Origin: Candidatus Micrarchaeota archaeon | GTDB taxonomy: Archaea; Micrarchaeota; Micrarchaeia; Micrarchaeales; Micrarchaeaceae | Assembly: GCA_021791535.1 (NCBI GenBank) | Contig: JAJYWI010000008.1 | Span: 614-64,613, forward strand | Direction of reading: 5' to 3' | Length of the DNA stretch: 64,000 nucleotides | Part shown: in pieces, positions 45,815-54,049 of the stretch | How the letters are laid out: each line of letters starts with the position of its first letter | Numbering within the stretch: the first letter of the stretch is position 1 | The notes under the pieces: generated by a model | What the model was told of the DNA's origin: nothing | What the model saw: only the letters and a program-made list of their open reading frames with translations | Database searches by the model: none | Position numbers and translations under genes: made by a program

Positions 45815-45931
45815 TTACCTCCTGCTTCGTCGGTATGCGCGCCGGTGCATTCTCTTGAGCCGCCTAACCTTCTGCACGTTCCTATACTGCTTGCCTACCC
45901 TTCTCCTTCTTCTTGAAACAGTCTTTTGCAT
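45815..45931 (-). CDS. Small Arg-rich basic protein (38 aa), ribosomal-protein-like (compare eL41), not in the ORF track
   Basis: Sequence MQKTVSRRRRRVGKQYRNVQKVRRLKRMHRRAYRRSRR. GGTGA lies 5 nt upstream of the ATG, directly after the deoxyhypusine synthase stop. Confidence 0.4.
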   Translation of the reverse strand: MQKTVSRRRRRVGKQYRNVQKVRRLKRMHRRAYRRSRR

Positions 45932-45939
45932 TTATTCAC

Positions 45940-46890
45940 CTAAACCATGTTTATCGCAGAAATCATTATTGGGAGTATTATAGTCGCATCGCCGTCTACC
46001 GTAACGTAGTCAGCCCCCTCCTTAATCTTGCCCCAGGATACTGCTTCCTGCAAGCGTGCGCCCGAGAGGCTTCCGTCGTACTGCGTGGCTGTTGTTATGT
46101 AAACTGCGTAGTCAAGCCCGCCCTTGAACTGATTCCACCATATCACGTGGTGCTTGCTGATCCCCCCGCCTATCATCAGCGCCCCTGTGACCTTGTTGTC
46201 GAACGCTATGTCGCTCAGCAACAGCTCGTCCTTTATGAGATTGAGCTTGAAGTCATGGTCCTGGGCGAATATCGATAGCTGCGTGCCGAACGCGCCGTCG
46301 AGTATGCCGGGATTGAAGATTGGCACGTTGTTGAGGTATGCCTGCCTTATTATTGACCCGTTATCCTTGATGCGCTTGCCGAACTCGTAGATAAGCTCGC
46401 TTGCGCTGTACTCCTTCTTGTAGCCCTTAGAGCTGTAGATGTCGCCCATTATCGCAGTGAACGCGTCCTCTAGCTTCTGGCCGTACTCCTTATTCTCTAT
46501 GAATACGTTGCCTAGCCTGTATACGCCCATCTTGTGCAGTTCGCTGTCATCGGCGCCGAACGACCCGAGGCTATACCTGCCTCCAGCAGCCCTGGCAATG
46601 TCATGGTCCAAGGTGCCTCCTGTTGTTATTATGGCGTCGAAGTGCTTCACCATGCTTGCTAGCACTCCGCGTATGCCGGTAGACACTATGTCTGCAGGGA
46701 ATGACAGGAAGTTGAACGCGCTCTTGTCATCCATCATCTTTTCAAGTATCTTTACGCCCCTTACCATATGCTGCGCTGAGAATCCACCTATGGATTCCAT
46801 CGAGCCAATAAGCTCCGACACACGCATCCCTTTCTTTAGCCGCATGTCAATTACAGGCCTTTTAAGGATGCTGCGCTTTAACTTCTCCAT
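45940..46890 (-). CDS. dys: Deoxyhypusine synthase
   Basis: GGGISKHHVIWWN...YITTATQYDGSLSGA signature; about 316 aa. Confidence 0.9.
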   Translation of the reverse strand: MEKLKRSILKRPVIDMRLKKGMRVSELIGSMESIGGFSAQHMVRGVKILEKMMDDKSAFNFLSFPADIVSTGIRGVLASMVKHFDAIITTGGTLDHDIARAAGGRYSLGSFGADDSELHKMGVYRLGNVFIENKEYGQKLEDAFTAIMGDIYSSKGYKKEYSASELIYEFGKRIKDNGSIIRQAYLNNVPIFNPGILDGAFGTQLSIFAQDHDFKLNLIKDELLLSDIAFDNKVTGALMIGGGISKHHVIWWNQFKGGLDYAVYITTATQYDGSLSGARLQEAVSWGKIKEGADYVTVDGDATIILPIMISAINMV

Positions 46891-46999
46891 CGAAACCAGT
46901 GGATATTTGCTCTGCGCATTAATATTTGTTTCGCCGCGCCATGTACGAATAGCTTTTTATCCTTTTGTAGAGATTCATCATTTACGACCAGGTAAGTGA

Positions 47000-48073
47000 A
47001 TGGCTCCGGAGATGAGCAGGGACGACGAGGAGATACTCAGATTCATAGAGAGCGCCAAGCCCAAGATATATGTTGTAGGCACAGGCGGCAGCGGCAGCAA
47101 CACGATAACAAGGCTGGCGAGCATAGGCATACAGGGCGCTACGCTGATCGCAATGAACACTGACGCGCCGCACCTTGTAAAGACAAAGGCGGAGAGAAAG
47201 CTGCTAATCGGCAAGAAGGTGACCAGGGGCATGGGGGCAGGAAGCGACATCAAGGTAGGTGAAGAGGCTGCTGTGGAGAGCAAGGAGGAAATACGCCACA
47301 TGCTGGCCGATGCCCAATTGGTGTTTGTGACTTGCGGCCTCGGCGGAGGCACTGGTACGGGATCTGTAGCTACAATAGCGCACGAGGCCAGAGAAGCCGG
47401 CGCACTAACTGTAGCCATCGTGACGCTGCCGTTCTCGAGCGAGGGCAAGACAAGAATGAAAAATGCGCTGGAGGGACTTTCGAAACTAAAGAAGGTGACT
47501 GACACCACGATAATAATACACAACAACAAGCTTCTCTCAGTGGCGCCAGACCTCCCGCTCAACATGGCGTTCAGGATATCTGACGAGGTGCTCGCCGGAG
47601 CCACAAAAGGGATAGTCGAGATGGTGACTAAGCCGGGCATGGTCAACATCGATTTTGCCGACCTGCGCAGCGTACTGAAGGATTCTGGCTATGCCGTAAT
47701 AGGCACAGGAGAAGGGCTGCCTGGAGGGGATGGGACAGGCAGGGCGCAGATAGCGCTAGATAACGCTATAAGGAGCCCGCTGCTCGATGCTGATCTAGCA
47801 ACTGCGAACAGGGCGCTCGTCAACATAATAGGCGGGGAGAGCATGACCCTGCGCGAGGCTGAGAGCGTATTCCAAGAGGTTGCGGGGAGGATAAAGGATG
47901 ACGCGCTGCTGAAGTGGGGCGCGAGGATAGATCCGGACATGCAGAAGGACTCGCTGAAGGTCATGCTTGTCGTAAGCGGCGTGAACTTTCCGGACTATAG
48001 CGACGAGGGCCTCACGAAAAAGATAAAGGAGAACGAGGACCTGGACCTAGACGAGCTGTTCGAGAAGGAGTAA
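47000..48073 (+). CDS. ftsZ: Cell division GTPase FtsZ
   Basis: Tubulin signature GLGGGTGTGS, NTDAPHL, acidic C-terminal tail. Confidence 0.92.
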   Translation: MAPEMSRDDEEILRFIESAKPKIYVVGTGGSGSNTITRLASIGIQGATLIAMNTDAPHLVKTKAERKLLIGKKVTRGMGAGSDIKVGEEAAVESKEEIRHMLADAQLVFVTCGLGGGTGTGSVATIAHEAREAGALTVAIVTLPFSSEGKTRMKNALEGLSKLKKVTDTTIIIHNNKLLSVAPDLPLNMAFRISDEVLAGATKGIVEMVTKPGMVNIDFADLRSVLKDSGYAVIGTGEGLPGGDGTGRAQIALDNAIRSPLLDADLATANRALVNIIGGESMTLREAESVFQEVAGRIKDDALLKWGARIDPDMQKDSLKVMLVVSGVNFPDYSDEGLTKKIKENEDLDLDELFEKE

Positions 48074-48109
48074 TGTTCTATCTAGAAAGCTTCGACTTAT
48101 AGTGCGAAG

Positions 48110-48301
48110 TCAGCTTGCCGGCTTCTCGACCTTCTTTGCTTTCACGCCTGATGCAACGTTCTTGCTCGATATTTTCCTTCCAAGCACCACGTCGTTCTTG
48201 TAGCACTTGCTCGCGCAGTAGTACTTGACGGTGCCTATCTTGTAGACGTACATTATGCCCCTGCCTTTTTGCACTTCGGAAGAGCAGTATGAGCATTTCA
48301 T
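48110..48301 (-). CDS. rpl24e: 50S ribosomal protein L24e
   Basis: MKCSYCSSEVQKGRGIMYV...YYCASKC zinc-binding pattern. Part of the L7Ae-S28e-L24e operon order. Confidence 0.9.
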   Translation of the reverse strand: MKCSYCSSEVQKGRGIMYVYKIGTVKYYCASKCYKNDVVLGRKISSKNVASGVKAKKVEKPAS

Positions 48302-48311
48302 ATGACGCGCC

Positions 48312-48548
48312 TTACTTTACCCTTATCTCTTTCGCTTCCCTGCTCGTGTCAGGCAGCCTTATTATGTCGCCTACCTTAGCAGGGCCAAGCATGTTCCTCC
48401 TTATTATCCTGCCCTTGTCCTTACCCTCAAGGATCCTGCAGCTCACAGAGTAGATCTCCCCGTATATGCCGGTCTTCGCCTTCATGTTGATTTCGACTAT
48501 CTCTGCCAGGTAACCAGATAACTGTCTCTGCGGCTGCGCATCTGCCAT
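48312..48548 (-). CDS. rps28e: 30S ribosomal protein S28e
   Basis: RILEGKDKGRIIRRNMLGPAKVGDIIRL signature. Confidence 0.9.
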   Translation of the reverse strand: MADAQPQRQLSGYLAEIVEINMKAKTGIYGEIYSVSCRILEGKDKGRIIRRNMLGPAKVGDIIRLPDTSREAKEIRVK

Positions 48549-48552
48549 TCAA

Positions 48553-49089
48553 TCATTCTGTTGTTTTCTCCGCTTCCTGCGCACCGGCGGTTTGCGGTGC
48601 TTGCGCTGGCTGCTCGGCTGGTTGCTGCTGTGCCGGCGCTTCCTTCTTAGATACTCTCGGCTTGGGCTTCTTCTCCGCTTTCGGCTGCTCCGATGGGGCT
48701 GCTGAAGCTTTCGACGCTGCCGTCCTAGAGCTTCCGGTGACCCTTCCGATGACATCCTTTATCACAGCGGTGGCCGTACCCTGGTTCTCCACGGCGATGG
48801 CCGCGCATGGCACAATCAGCCCTATCGACTTGCCTAGCTCCTGCTTGCTAGGTACGTACGTATATGCGATCTTCTTCTGCTCGCATATCATTGGTATGTG
48901 CATTACAACCTCTTCCGGCTCCACATCTGTCGCTATCACAACGAATGTAGCTAGCCCGCGCTCCACGCTCTTCGTGACCTCATTGGCCCCTTTCTTCACA
49001 GAGCCTGACTGCTTAGCTAGCTGGAGCGCTTCGTATGTCTTCGCCACTACCTCGTTGGATACCTCGAACTTCACGTAAGATTTTGCCAT
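48553..49089 (-). CDS. rpl7ae: 50S ribosomal protein L7Ae with a low-complexity C-terminal extension of about 60 aa
   Basis: KGANEVTKSVERGLATFVVIATDVEPEEVVMHIP core. Tail is rich in A/P/Q/K/E. ATG at 49089 (MAKSYVKFEV) is preferred over 49113. Confidence 0.9.
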   Translation of the reverse strand: MAKSYVKFEVSNEVVAKTYEALQLAKQSGSVKKGANEVTKSVERGLATFVVIATDVEPEEVVMHIPMICEQKKIAYTYVPSKQELGKSIGLIVPCAAIAVENQGTATAVIKDVIGRVTGSSRTAASKASAAPSEQPKAEKKPKPRVSKKEAPAQQQPAEQPAQAPQTAGAQEAEKTTE

Positions 49090-49193
49090 TTTAACACCGT
49101 CGGTTTCCGTCATTCAGTATTAGGCTTCCCAATAAAGAAGAACAGACTGTGGATAGATATTTGTCTGAAGCTATATAAACCTTTTTGTAGCCG

Positions 49194-49370
49194 CTATCCG
49201 AATATCTTCGTTTCTGCCTCATCGGCCTGGAAGCCCACCTTCTTGTGCGTACCATCGCACATTGGCTTGTGGCCTGAGTGGCCGCACCTGCAGAAGTGGA
49301 ACTTCACCTGTCCGTCTATCAGGACTAGGTTAGGGCCGTCTTTTGTCGATTTTACAACTATCTCTGTCAT
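49194..49370 (-). CDS. CDGSH-type iron-sulfur domain protein (58 aa), not in the ORF track
   Basis: CRCGHSGHKPMCDGTH matches C-x-C-x2-S-x3-P-x-C-D-G-T-H exactly. Clean ATG-to-TAG ORF. Confidence 0.7.
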   Translation of the reverse strand: MTEIVVKSTKDGPNLVLIDGQVKFHFCRCGHSGHKPMCDGTHKKVGFQADEAETKIFG

Positions 49371-49381
49371 CTAATCACACG

Positions 49382-50152
49382 TCATGGGTATCCATAGCCG
49401 CCATAGCCTCCTGCCGTAGTTGGCGCGGTTGTGGATGACGGCTGCGCCACCGTAGTTGACGGTGCTGCCGGGGCCAGGTGCGAAGGCCCTATGGTGAATA
49501 TCCACATCACCGGCTTGTAGAACTGGGTGTTCGTCATCGTTCCTGATGTTGCGTTATATGCCCACGCGTTCTGGATCGCGTAGCTGCCGCCTGTATATGC
49601 TCCAGTAGACGCATTGAACGTACCGCCCAGGAATGCCCAGCTGCCCCACGTGCTCGGATAGTGCGTCAGTGTGGTTAGGTGCACTGGCGCGCCGGTGCTG
49701 TTAACGAAAGTTATGCTCGGGCTTATCTGCCCGTTCACCTCGAACGCGAAGCCGTATGCCGGCGTCTGGTTAGGATAGCCTGGCGGGCTGCCAACGTTCG
49801 CGATGTTGAATGTTGCCAGTGTGAAGTTGTACGCCGAGACGCTCTTGTTGTTTATCGATACATACGTCCCTGCAGGTATTGTTACTGTGATGTTCACGCC
49901 GTCAGGCGCCGTCACACTTACTGAAGAGGCTTTGCTTGCGTTTGCGGTTTCGCTCTTCTTGCTGAATGTGCTCATCTTCGGCGTTGCAGCCACGGTTGTC
50001 GAGGCTGCAGCAACGGTCGTTGGTGCTGTTGCAGCGGTCACCATTGGAGTCGTGGTAGTCGGTGCTTTGTACGATGTTGCTACGTAATATACTGCAGCTA
50101 TGACTATTACCACTATTATGATTATCCCTATAGCTATCCCTGTTTTTGCCAC
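49382..50152 (-). CDS. N-terminally membrane-anchored extracellular protein, Thr/Ala-rich linker, many NxS/T sequons
   Basis: TM segment IAIGIIIIVVIVIAAVYYV followed by T/A-rich stretches. C-terminus is GGYGGYGYP. GTG start with aggggg SD-like sequence and a TATA-like tttatat at 50188-50194. Confidence 0.6.
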   Translation of the reverse strand: MAKTGIAIGIIIIVVIVIAAVYYVATSYKAPTTTTPMVTAATAPTTVAAASTTVAATPKMSTFSKKSETANASKASSVSVTAPDGVNITVTIPAGTYVSINNKSVSAYNFTLATFNIANVGSPPGYPNQTPAYGFAFEVNGQISPSITFVNSTGAPVHLTTLTHYPSTWGSWAFLGGTFNASTGAYTGGSYAIQNAWAYNATSGTMTNTQFYKPVMWIFTIGPSHLAPAAPSTTVAQPSSTTAPTTAGGYGGYGYP

Positions 50153-50448
50153 TATATCCCCCTTTGATTCCTTATATTTTGAACAAATTTATATCTATCG
50201 GTTATTATGTTGCAAATCGATGAGGGCGCAATGATAACCCGTCTACTAAACGCCACTTTCATGGCAACACCACAGCTTCACTATTTCAGTTGATACCTAC
50301 TCAGTGTCGCTGCTGAACTTTATGTCTGGCATGTTAATGGACTACCAGCACTGCAGACGAGTGTGTGGCACCTAGATCTACACGCACGGACGTAGCCCGT
50401 GCTTCGCAGGATTTCTCCTTGCAAACCTAGGTGAAAAGGATAAGACCT

Positions 50449-51057
50449 TCAGCTTTTTATCTCTAGTGCTTGGAGTTTCTTCCTTGCAGCGTTTATTGCC
50501 TCCTGGGCCGTGTCAAGGTCTGCACTTATTCCAGAAATTTTATTGATTGATAGGCCTCTCAACACAACGCCCTTTGGTACCTCTGGCGTGACCTTGCGCG
50601 AAACCGCCACCCAAGCCTCATCGCGAGCGCCGTAGCCCGCATAGACGTCCAACCCGCCCCCGTCGCCGTAGTAGGCATCGACGGCCACGGGGCCGCTTCC
50701 TGCTCCTTCATGTGCCCTGTCCTCTGGAGCCAAATCCGACCATTTCTGACCTAGTTTTAAAGGAACACGATTACCCTTATTATCTATACTCCTTTCTCCA
50801 GAGCTTTCTATTCCTGTTTCATCTCCTGCCCAAACCGCGCACGGTGCGTCTATTAATTCCTGCCTGAAACCAGCTACCATCTTGTATGCGAGCGCCTCTT
50901 GGTTTGAAGAAGCCATTTGCCAACCTTTTGGTACTTGTTCGGGTGCTTCCGCAAATAGTACCCTCTTCTTTATAAGCCCTATTTCGAAGTCACCCACCCT
51001 ATAAACCCGAGCAGGTGCATCTCCCCATTGAGCCGCTCTTTGTACTTGTTCTGGCAT
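50449..51057 (-). CDS. Hypothetical protein, paralog A of a tandem pair
   Basis: 202-aa ORF. Shares an MPxQxQ start, a QMASSNQE block and a GPVAVDAYYGDGG..DVYAGYG core with the neighbour. No known motif recognised. Confidence 0.6.
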   Translation of the reverse strand: MPEQVQRAAQWGDAPARVYRVGDFEIGLIKKRVLFAEAPEQVPKGWQMASSNQEALAYKMVAGFRQELIDAPCAVWAGDETGIESSGERSIDNKGNRVPLKLGQKWSDLAPEDRAHEGAGSGPVAVDAYYGDGGGLDVYAGYGARDEAWVAVSRKVTPEVPKGVVLRGLSINKISGISADLDTAQEAINAARKKLQALEIKS

Positions 51058-51152
51058 CTTATCACAATAGCCTAGTATTTTGCCACATATTTATACCTAG
51101 CGATTTGTATCAGGACGTGGATGGAAGTTTGTGGTTTTGAAAGGGATATCGT
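51053..51152 (-). repeat. Upstream cassette copy A (promoter-bearing direct repeat)
   Basis: Shares an identical 28-mer (51120-51147), an identical 14-mer tagcgatttgtatc and the atatttatac box with copy B. Confidence 0.85.
51087..51096 (-). promoter_or_regulatory. TATA box of paralog A (gtataaatat on the coding strand)
   Basis: Lies 30-39 nt upstream of the ATG at 51057, which implies a leaderless or very short-leader mRNA. Confidence 0.55.
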
Positions 51153-51159
51153 TTCCTTT

Positions 51160-51729
51160 TTATCCCTTCCTACTCAACTTCCTTAAGCTGAAAGTCGTGC
51201 CTGCTGGGTAATTCTGCTCTACCTCCTCACCGCCAGGTAACTTAGCAACCAGTACATTTCCGTCCTCTGAACGCAAGGTTGCGGTTGTCCGCGATGCCGC
51301 GGCGGCTTCACCGCTTGCTCTAACGCCAAAAACCACCCCAGCATCGTCGATGCCACTAGGGCCGAAATGCCTGGCATTGTTGGCGCCTGGCGCTAAAACC
51401 ACCCAGCCACGATAGCCGAGATGGAAGTCAAGGACGAGCAACCTCCCGTAGTCGTAGTCGAGGTTGATGGCCACAGGGCCGCCATATTTGCTTACTTCAC
51501 TTGTCAAAACCACACTTTCAATCACCTTCTGCCTTATGACTTTATCCGGTTTTGTTTCAATAAGATCTATAGTCTCCTGCCTTGAGGTCATGTGATACGG
51601 TCTGCCTTCTGCTGTCAAGCGTCTGGCTACCTCTAGGCCTTCTGCCTGAGTTGTATATTTCAATAGAAGATTTCCGTATTGCTCAAATCCATACTGTCGG
51701 ATGACTGATGCTTGTCTTTGTCCTGGCAT
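51160..51729 (-). CDS. Hypothetical protein, paralog B of a tandem pair
   Basis: 189-aa ORF. MPGQRQ start, HMTSRQE block, GPVAINLDYDYGRLLVLDFHLGYRGW core. No known motif recognised. Confidence 0.6.
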   Translation of the reverse strand: MPGQRQASVIRQYGFEQYGNLLLKYTTQAEGLEVARRLTAEGRPYHMTSRQETIDLIETKPDKVIRQKVIESVVLTSEVSKYGGPVAINLDYDYGRLLVLDFHLGYRGWVVLAPGANNARHFGPSGIDDAGVVFGVRASGEAAAASRTTATLRSEDGNVLVAKLPGGEEVEQNYPAGTTFSLRKLSRKG

Positions 51730-51823
51730 ATTATCACATAACCTGGTGTTTTTTGTAGATATTTATACTTAGCGATTTGTATCGGAATGTGATGGAAGTT
51801 TGTGGTTTTGAAAGGGATGTCGT
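51725..51823 (-). repeat. Upstream cassette copy B (promoter-bearing direct repeat)
   Basis: Identical 28-mer at 51791-51818. The 14-mer and TATA box sit at the same spacing from the ATG as in copy A. Confidence 0.85.
51759..51768 (-). promoter_or_regulatory. TATA box of paralog B
   Basis: Same 10-mer as in copy A, 30-39 nt upstream of the ATG at 51729. Confidence 0.55.
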
Positions 51824-51846
51824 AGTAGCCGGCGCGTTTTCGGGCA

Positions 51847-54039
51847 TCAGTCCATGAACTGCTGCGCCGTTGGCGGCTCCTCCGGCTGCCCCTTCCTCTT
51901 CCTTATCTCCCTCACGATCTTGTTCTGCAGCTCCGTAGGCATGCGCTCATAGCCGGCGAACTCCTGGTACCAGATCGCCTTGCCTTGGGTCATCCCCCTG
52001 AGATCGTTCGAGAACCCCTTTATGACCTCTGCGACTGGCATCTTTGCAAGTATCGAAGCCTGGCCGCTCTCCTGCTCTATGTTTATTATCTGGCCGCGCC
52101 TGCTCTGCAGGAAGGATATCACATCTGACATGTAGTCCAATGGTATGTTAATGGTGAAGTTCTGCTTTGGCTCCTCGAGCACTATGCCTGCTGTCAGGAG
52201 TCCTGCGTATATCGCCCTTTTTATGGCAGGGATTATCTGTGCAGGTCCCCTGTGCACAGGGTCTTCGTGTATCGTTGCATCGACAACGCTGACAAGCACC
52301 CCGGATACCTTCTCCCTTGCTAGCGGGCCATCCTTCACTGCTCCGTCGAATCCATCTATCAGCAACTCCATCACCTCGTTCATGTACTGGACCCCTTTTG
52401 TTGTATCTGCAAGCATGCATTTGTTTGATATCTCCTCGACCTCTTTTGCAGTGCTCCTTTCCATTCCGGCAGCGATCATCGCCTCTATGGCCGCCTGCCC
52501 CTTTGGCTTCCCCTCCCTGACGGTCCCCTCGTCTATGGCTTTCTGCACGCCCTCAGGCAGCGGCTCGACTGTTACGTAGAACCTTGAGTGCCTGTTCGGC
52601 GACTTGCCCTCTATCGGCCCTGCCTTCTTCTCTATAGTCTCGTGGTAAACAACGATTGGCTCGCTGGTTGTTATTGGCACCTTGAAGTCGTCCTTGAGCT
52701 TGGTCTCGACAGTTTCTAGGTGAAGCTCGCCCATCCCGCTTATCAGGTGCTCCCCCGTCTCCTGGTTTATCTCGGCCCTGAGCGTAGGGTCCTCCTTTGT
52801 AATGACCCTTAGCGCTTCTATGAGCTTCGTGGTGTCCCTTGTGTCCTTGGCCTCTATCGCCTTTGTCACAACCGGCTGCGAGTAGTGCTTTATCTGCTCG
52901 AATGGCTCTATGATGTTCTCGCTCAGAGTGTCCCCCACCGAAAGGTCCTTTATGCCTACCAGCGCGGCTATGTTGCCTGCAGGTATCGAATCAACCAGCA
53001 CCCTGTCAGGGCCCATGTATACGCCCACCTGCTGTAGCTTCTGTGTGCCTGCCTTGCCTGATATGTGGAACTCGGTGCCTTTCTTTGCATCCCCCGAGAA
53101 GATCCTTCCTACGGCCACTTCGCCTGCCTGCTGGTCATACTTTATTCCGAATATCACGACGTTAGTCTTAGCATTTATGTCGGTGCTTAGCATCGCCTTC
53201 CCGTCCTCCGAATTAAGATCCCCGTGCCAGATCTGCGGTATCCTGTATGGTTGCGCCTCTGCAGGATTCGGCAGGTGCTCGACCACCATCGCAAGCGTCG
53301 CCTCGTCTATGGGGCAGAGCTCCTGCAGCTTCGGGAGGTCGTTCTTCGCAGTGAGATCGAATATGTCCTTGAAGGTCGCGTTCTTCGTCTCCATTATGCG
53401 CTTCGATATCGCCCATCTCCTCAGCGCGGACCCGAAGGCTACGCTGCCCCCCTCTACGCTCACCTTCCACTTTTCGCCGTATCCCTCTGGCGCATATGTC
53501 TCTATCATCTGGTTTATCTCATTGATCAGCTTGAGCAGCCTCTCCTGCGTCTGTCCGGGAGTCAGCCTGAGCTCCGTGATAAGTCTGTCTACCTTGTTGA
53601 AGAAAAGCACCGGCTTTGCCTTCTCCTTCATCGCCTGCCTGAGCACTGTCTCAGTCTGCGGCATTACCCCCTCTGTCGGGTCCACCACAAGTATCACGCC
53701 GTCTATCGCCCTCATTGACCTTGTGACGTGACCGCCGAAGTCGACGTGGCCCGGCGTGTCTATCAGGTTTATTATGTAGTCCTCGCCCTTGTAGTTGAAG
53801 CCGAAGGATATGTATGCGGATTTTATCGTCATCCTCCTGTCCTTCTCTATGTCCTCGTAGTTCGTGTACAGGACATCTCCTGCCACGCTCTTTGATATGA
53901 GCCCTGCCCTGGCAAGCAGCGAGTCTGTCAGCGACGTCTTCCCATGGTGGACGTGGGCTATTATCCCTACGTTGCGGATGTGCTTGTGGTCGCGCATCAT
54001 CTTCGCGACCTCCTCTACCACATACTCTTTTCTTGCCAT
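51847..54039 (-). CDS. fusA: Translation elongation factor 2 (aEF-2)
   Basis: G1 motif AHVHHGKTSLTD, DTPGHVDF, and the diphthamide-region HEDPVHRGPAQ. Start is at the MARKEY ATG at 54039. Confidence 0.95.
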   Translation of the reverse strand: MARKEYVVEEVAKMMRDHKHIRNVGIIAHVHHGKTSLTDSLLARAGLISKSVAGDVLYTNYEDIEKDRRMTIKSAYISFGFNYKGEDYIINLIDTPGHVDFGGHVTRSMRAIDGVILVVDPTEGVMPQTETVLRQAMKEKAKPVLFFNKVDRLITELRLTPGQTQERLLKLINEINQMIETYAPEGYGEKWKVSVEGGSVAFGSALRRWAISKRIMETKNATFKDIFDLTAKNDLPKLQELCPIDEATLAMVVEHLPNPAEAQPYRIPQIWHGDLNSEDGKAMLSTDINAKTNVVIFGIKYDQQAGEVAVGRIFSGDAKKGTEFHISGKAGTQKLQQVGVYMGPDRVLVDSIPAGNIAALVGIKDLSVGDTLSENIIEPFEQIKHYSQPVVTKAIEAKDTRDTTKLIEALRVITKEDPTLRAEINQETGEHLISGMGELHLETVETKLKDDFKVPITTSEPIVVYHETIEKKAGPIEGKSPNRHSRFYVTVEPLPEGVQKAIDEGTVREGKPKGQAAIEAMIAAGMERSTAKEVEEISNKCMLADTTKGVQYMNEVMELLIDGFDGAVKDGPLAREKVSGVLVSVVDATIHEDPVHRGPAQIIPAIKRAIYAGLLTAGIVLEEPKQNFTINIPLDYMSDVISFLQSRRGQIINIEQESGQASILAKMPVAEVIKGFSNDLRGMTQGKAIWYQEFAGYERMPTELQNKIVREIRKRKGQPEEPPTAQQFMD

Positions 54040-54049
54040 ACGCACACCA

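Noticed and set aside
48549-48755. Arg/Lys/Ser-rich 68-aa ORF overlapping the L7Ae tail, and ORF 48078-48296 overlapping L24e
   Set aside because: These are alternative frames of confirmed ribosomal protein genes. Their composition is an artefact of the low-complexity coding sequence.
50231-50316. Possible C/D box sRNA (aatgata ... ttgata ... ctga)
   Set aside because: The boxes deviate from RUGAUGA/CUGA, and the spacing (about 85 nt overall, with non-12-nt guides) does not fit archaeal C/D sRNAs.
50432-50442. tgaaaaggata, resembling the distal end (tgaaagggata) of the conserved cassette; a possible third copy
   Set aside because: It is only an 11-mer with one mismatch and no extended similarity, which is compatible with chance.
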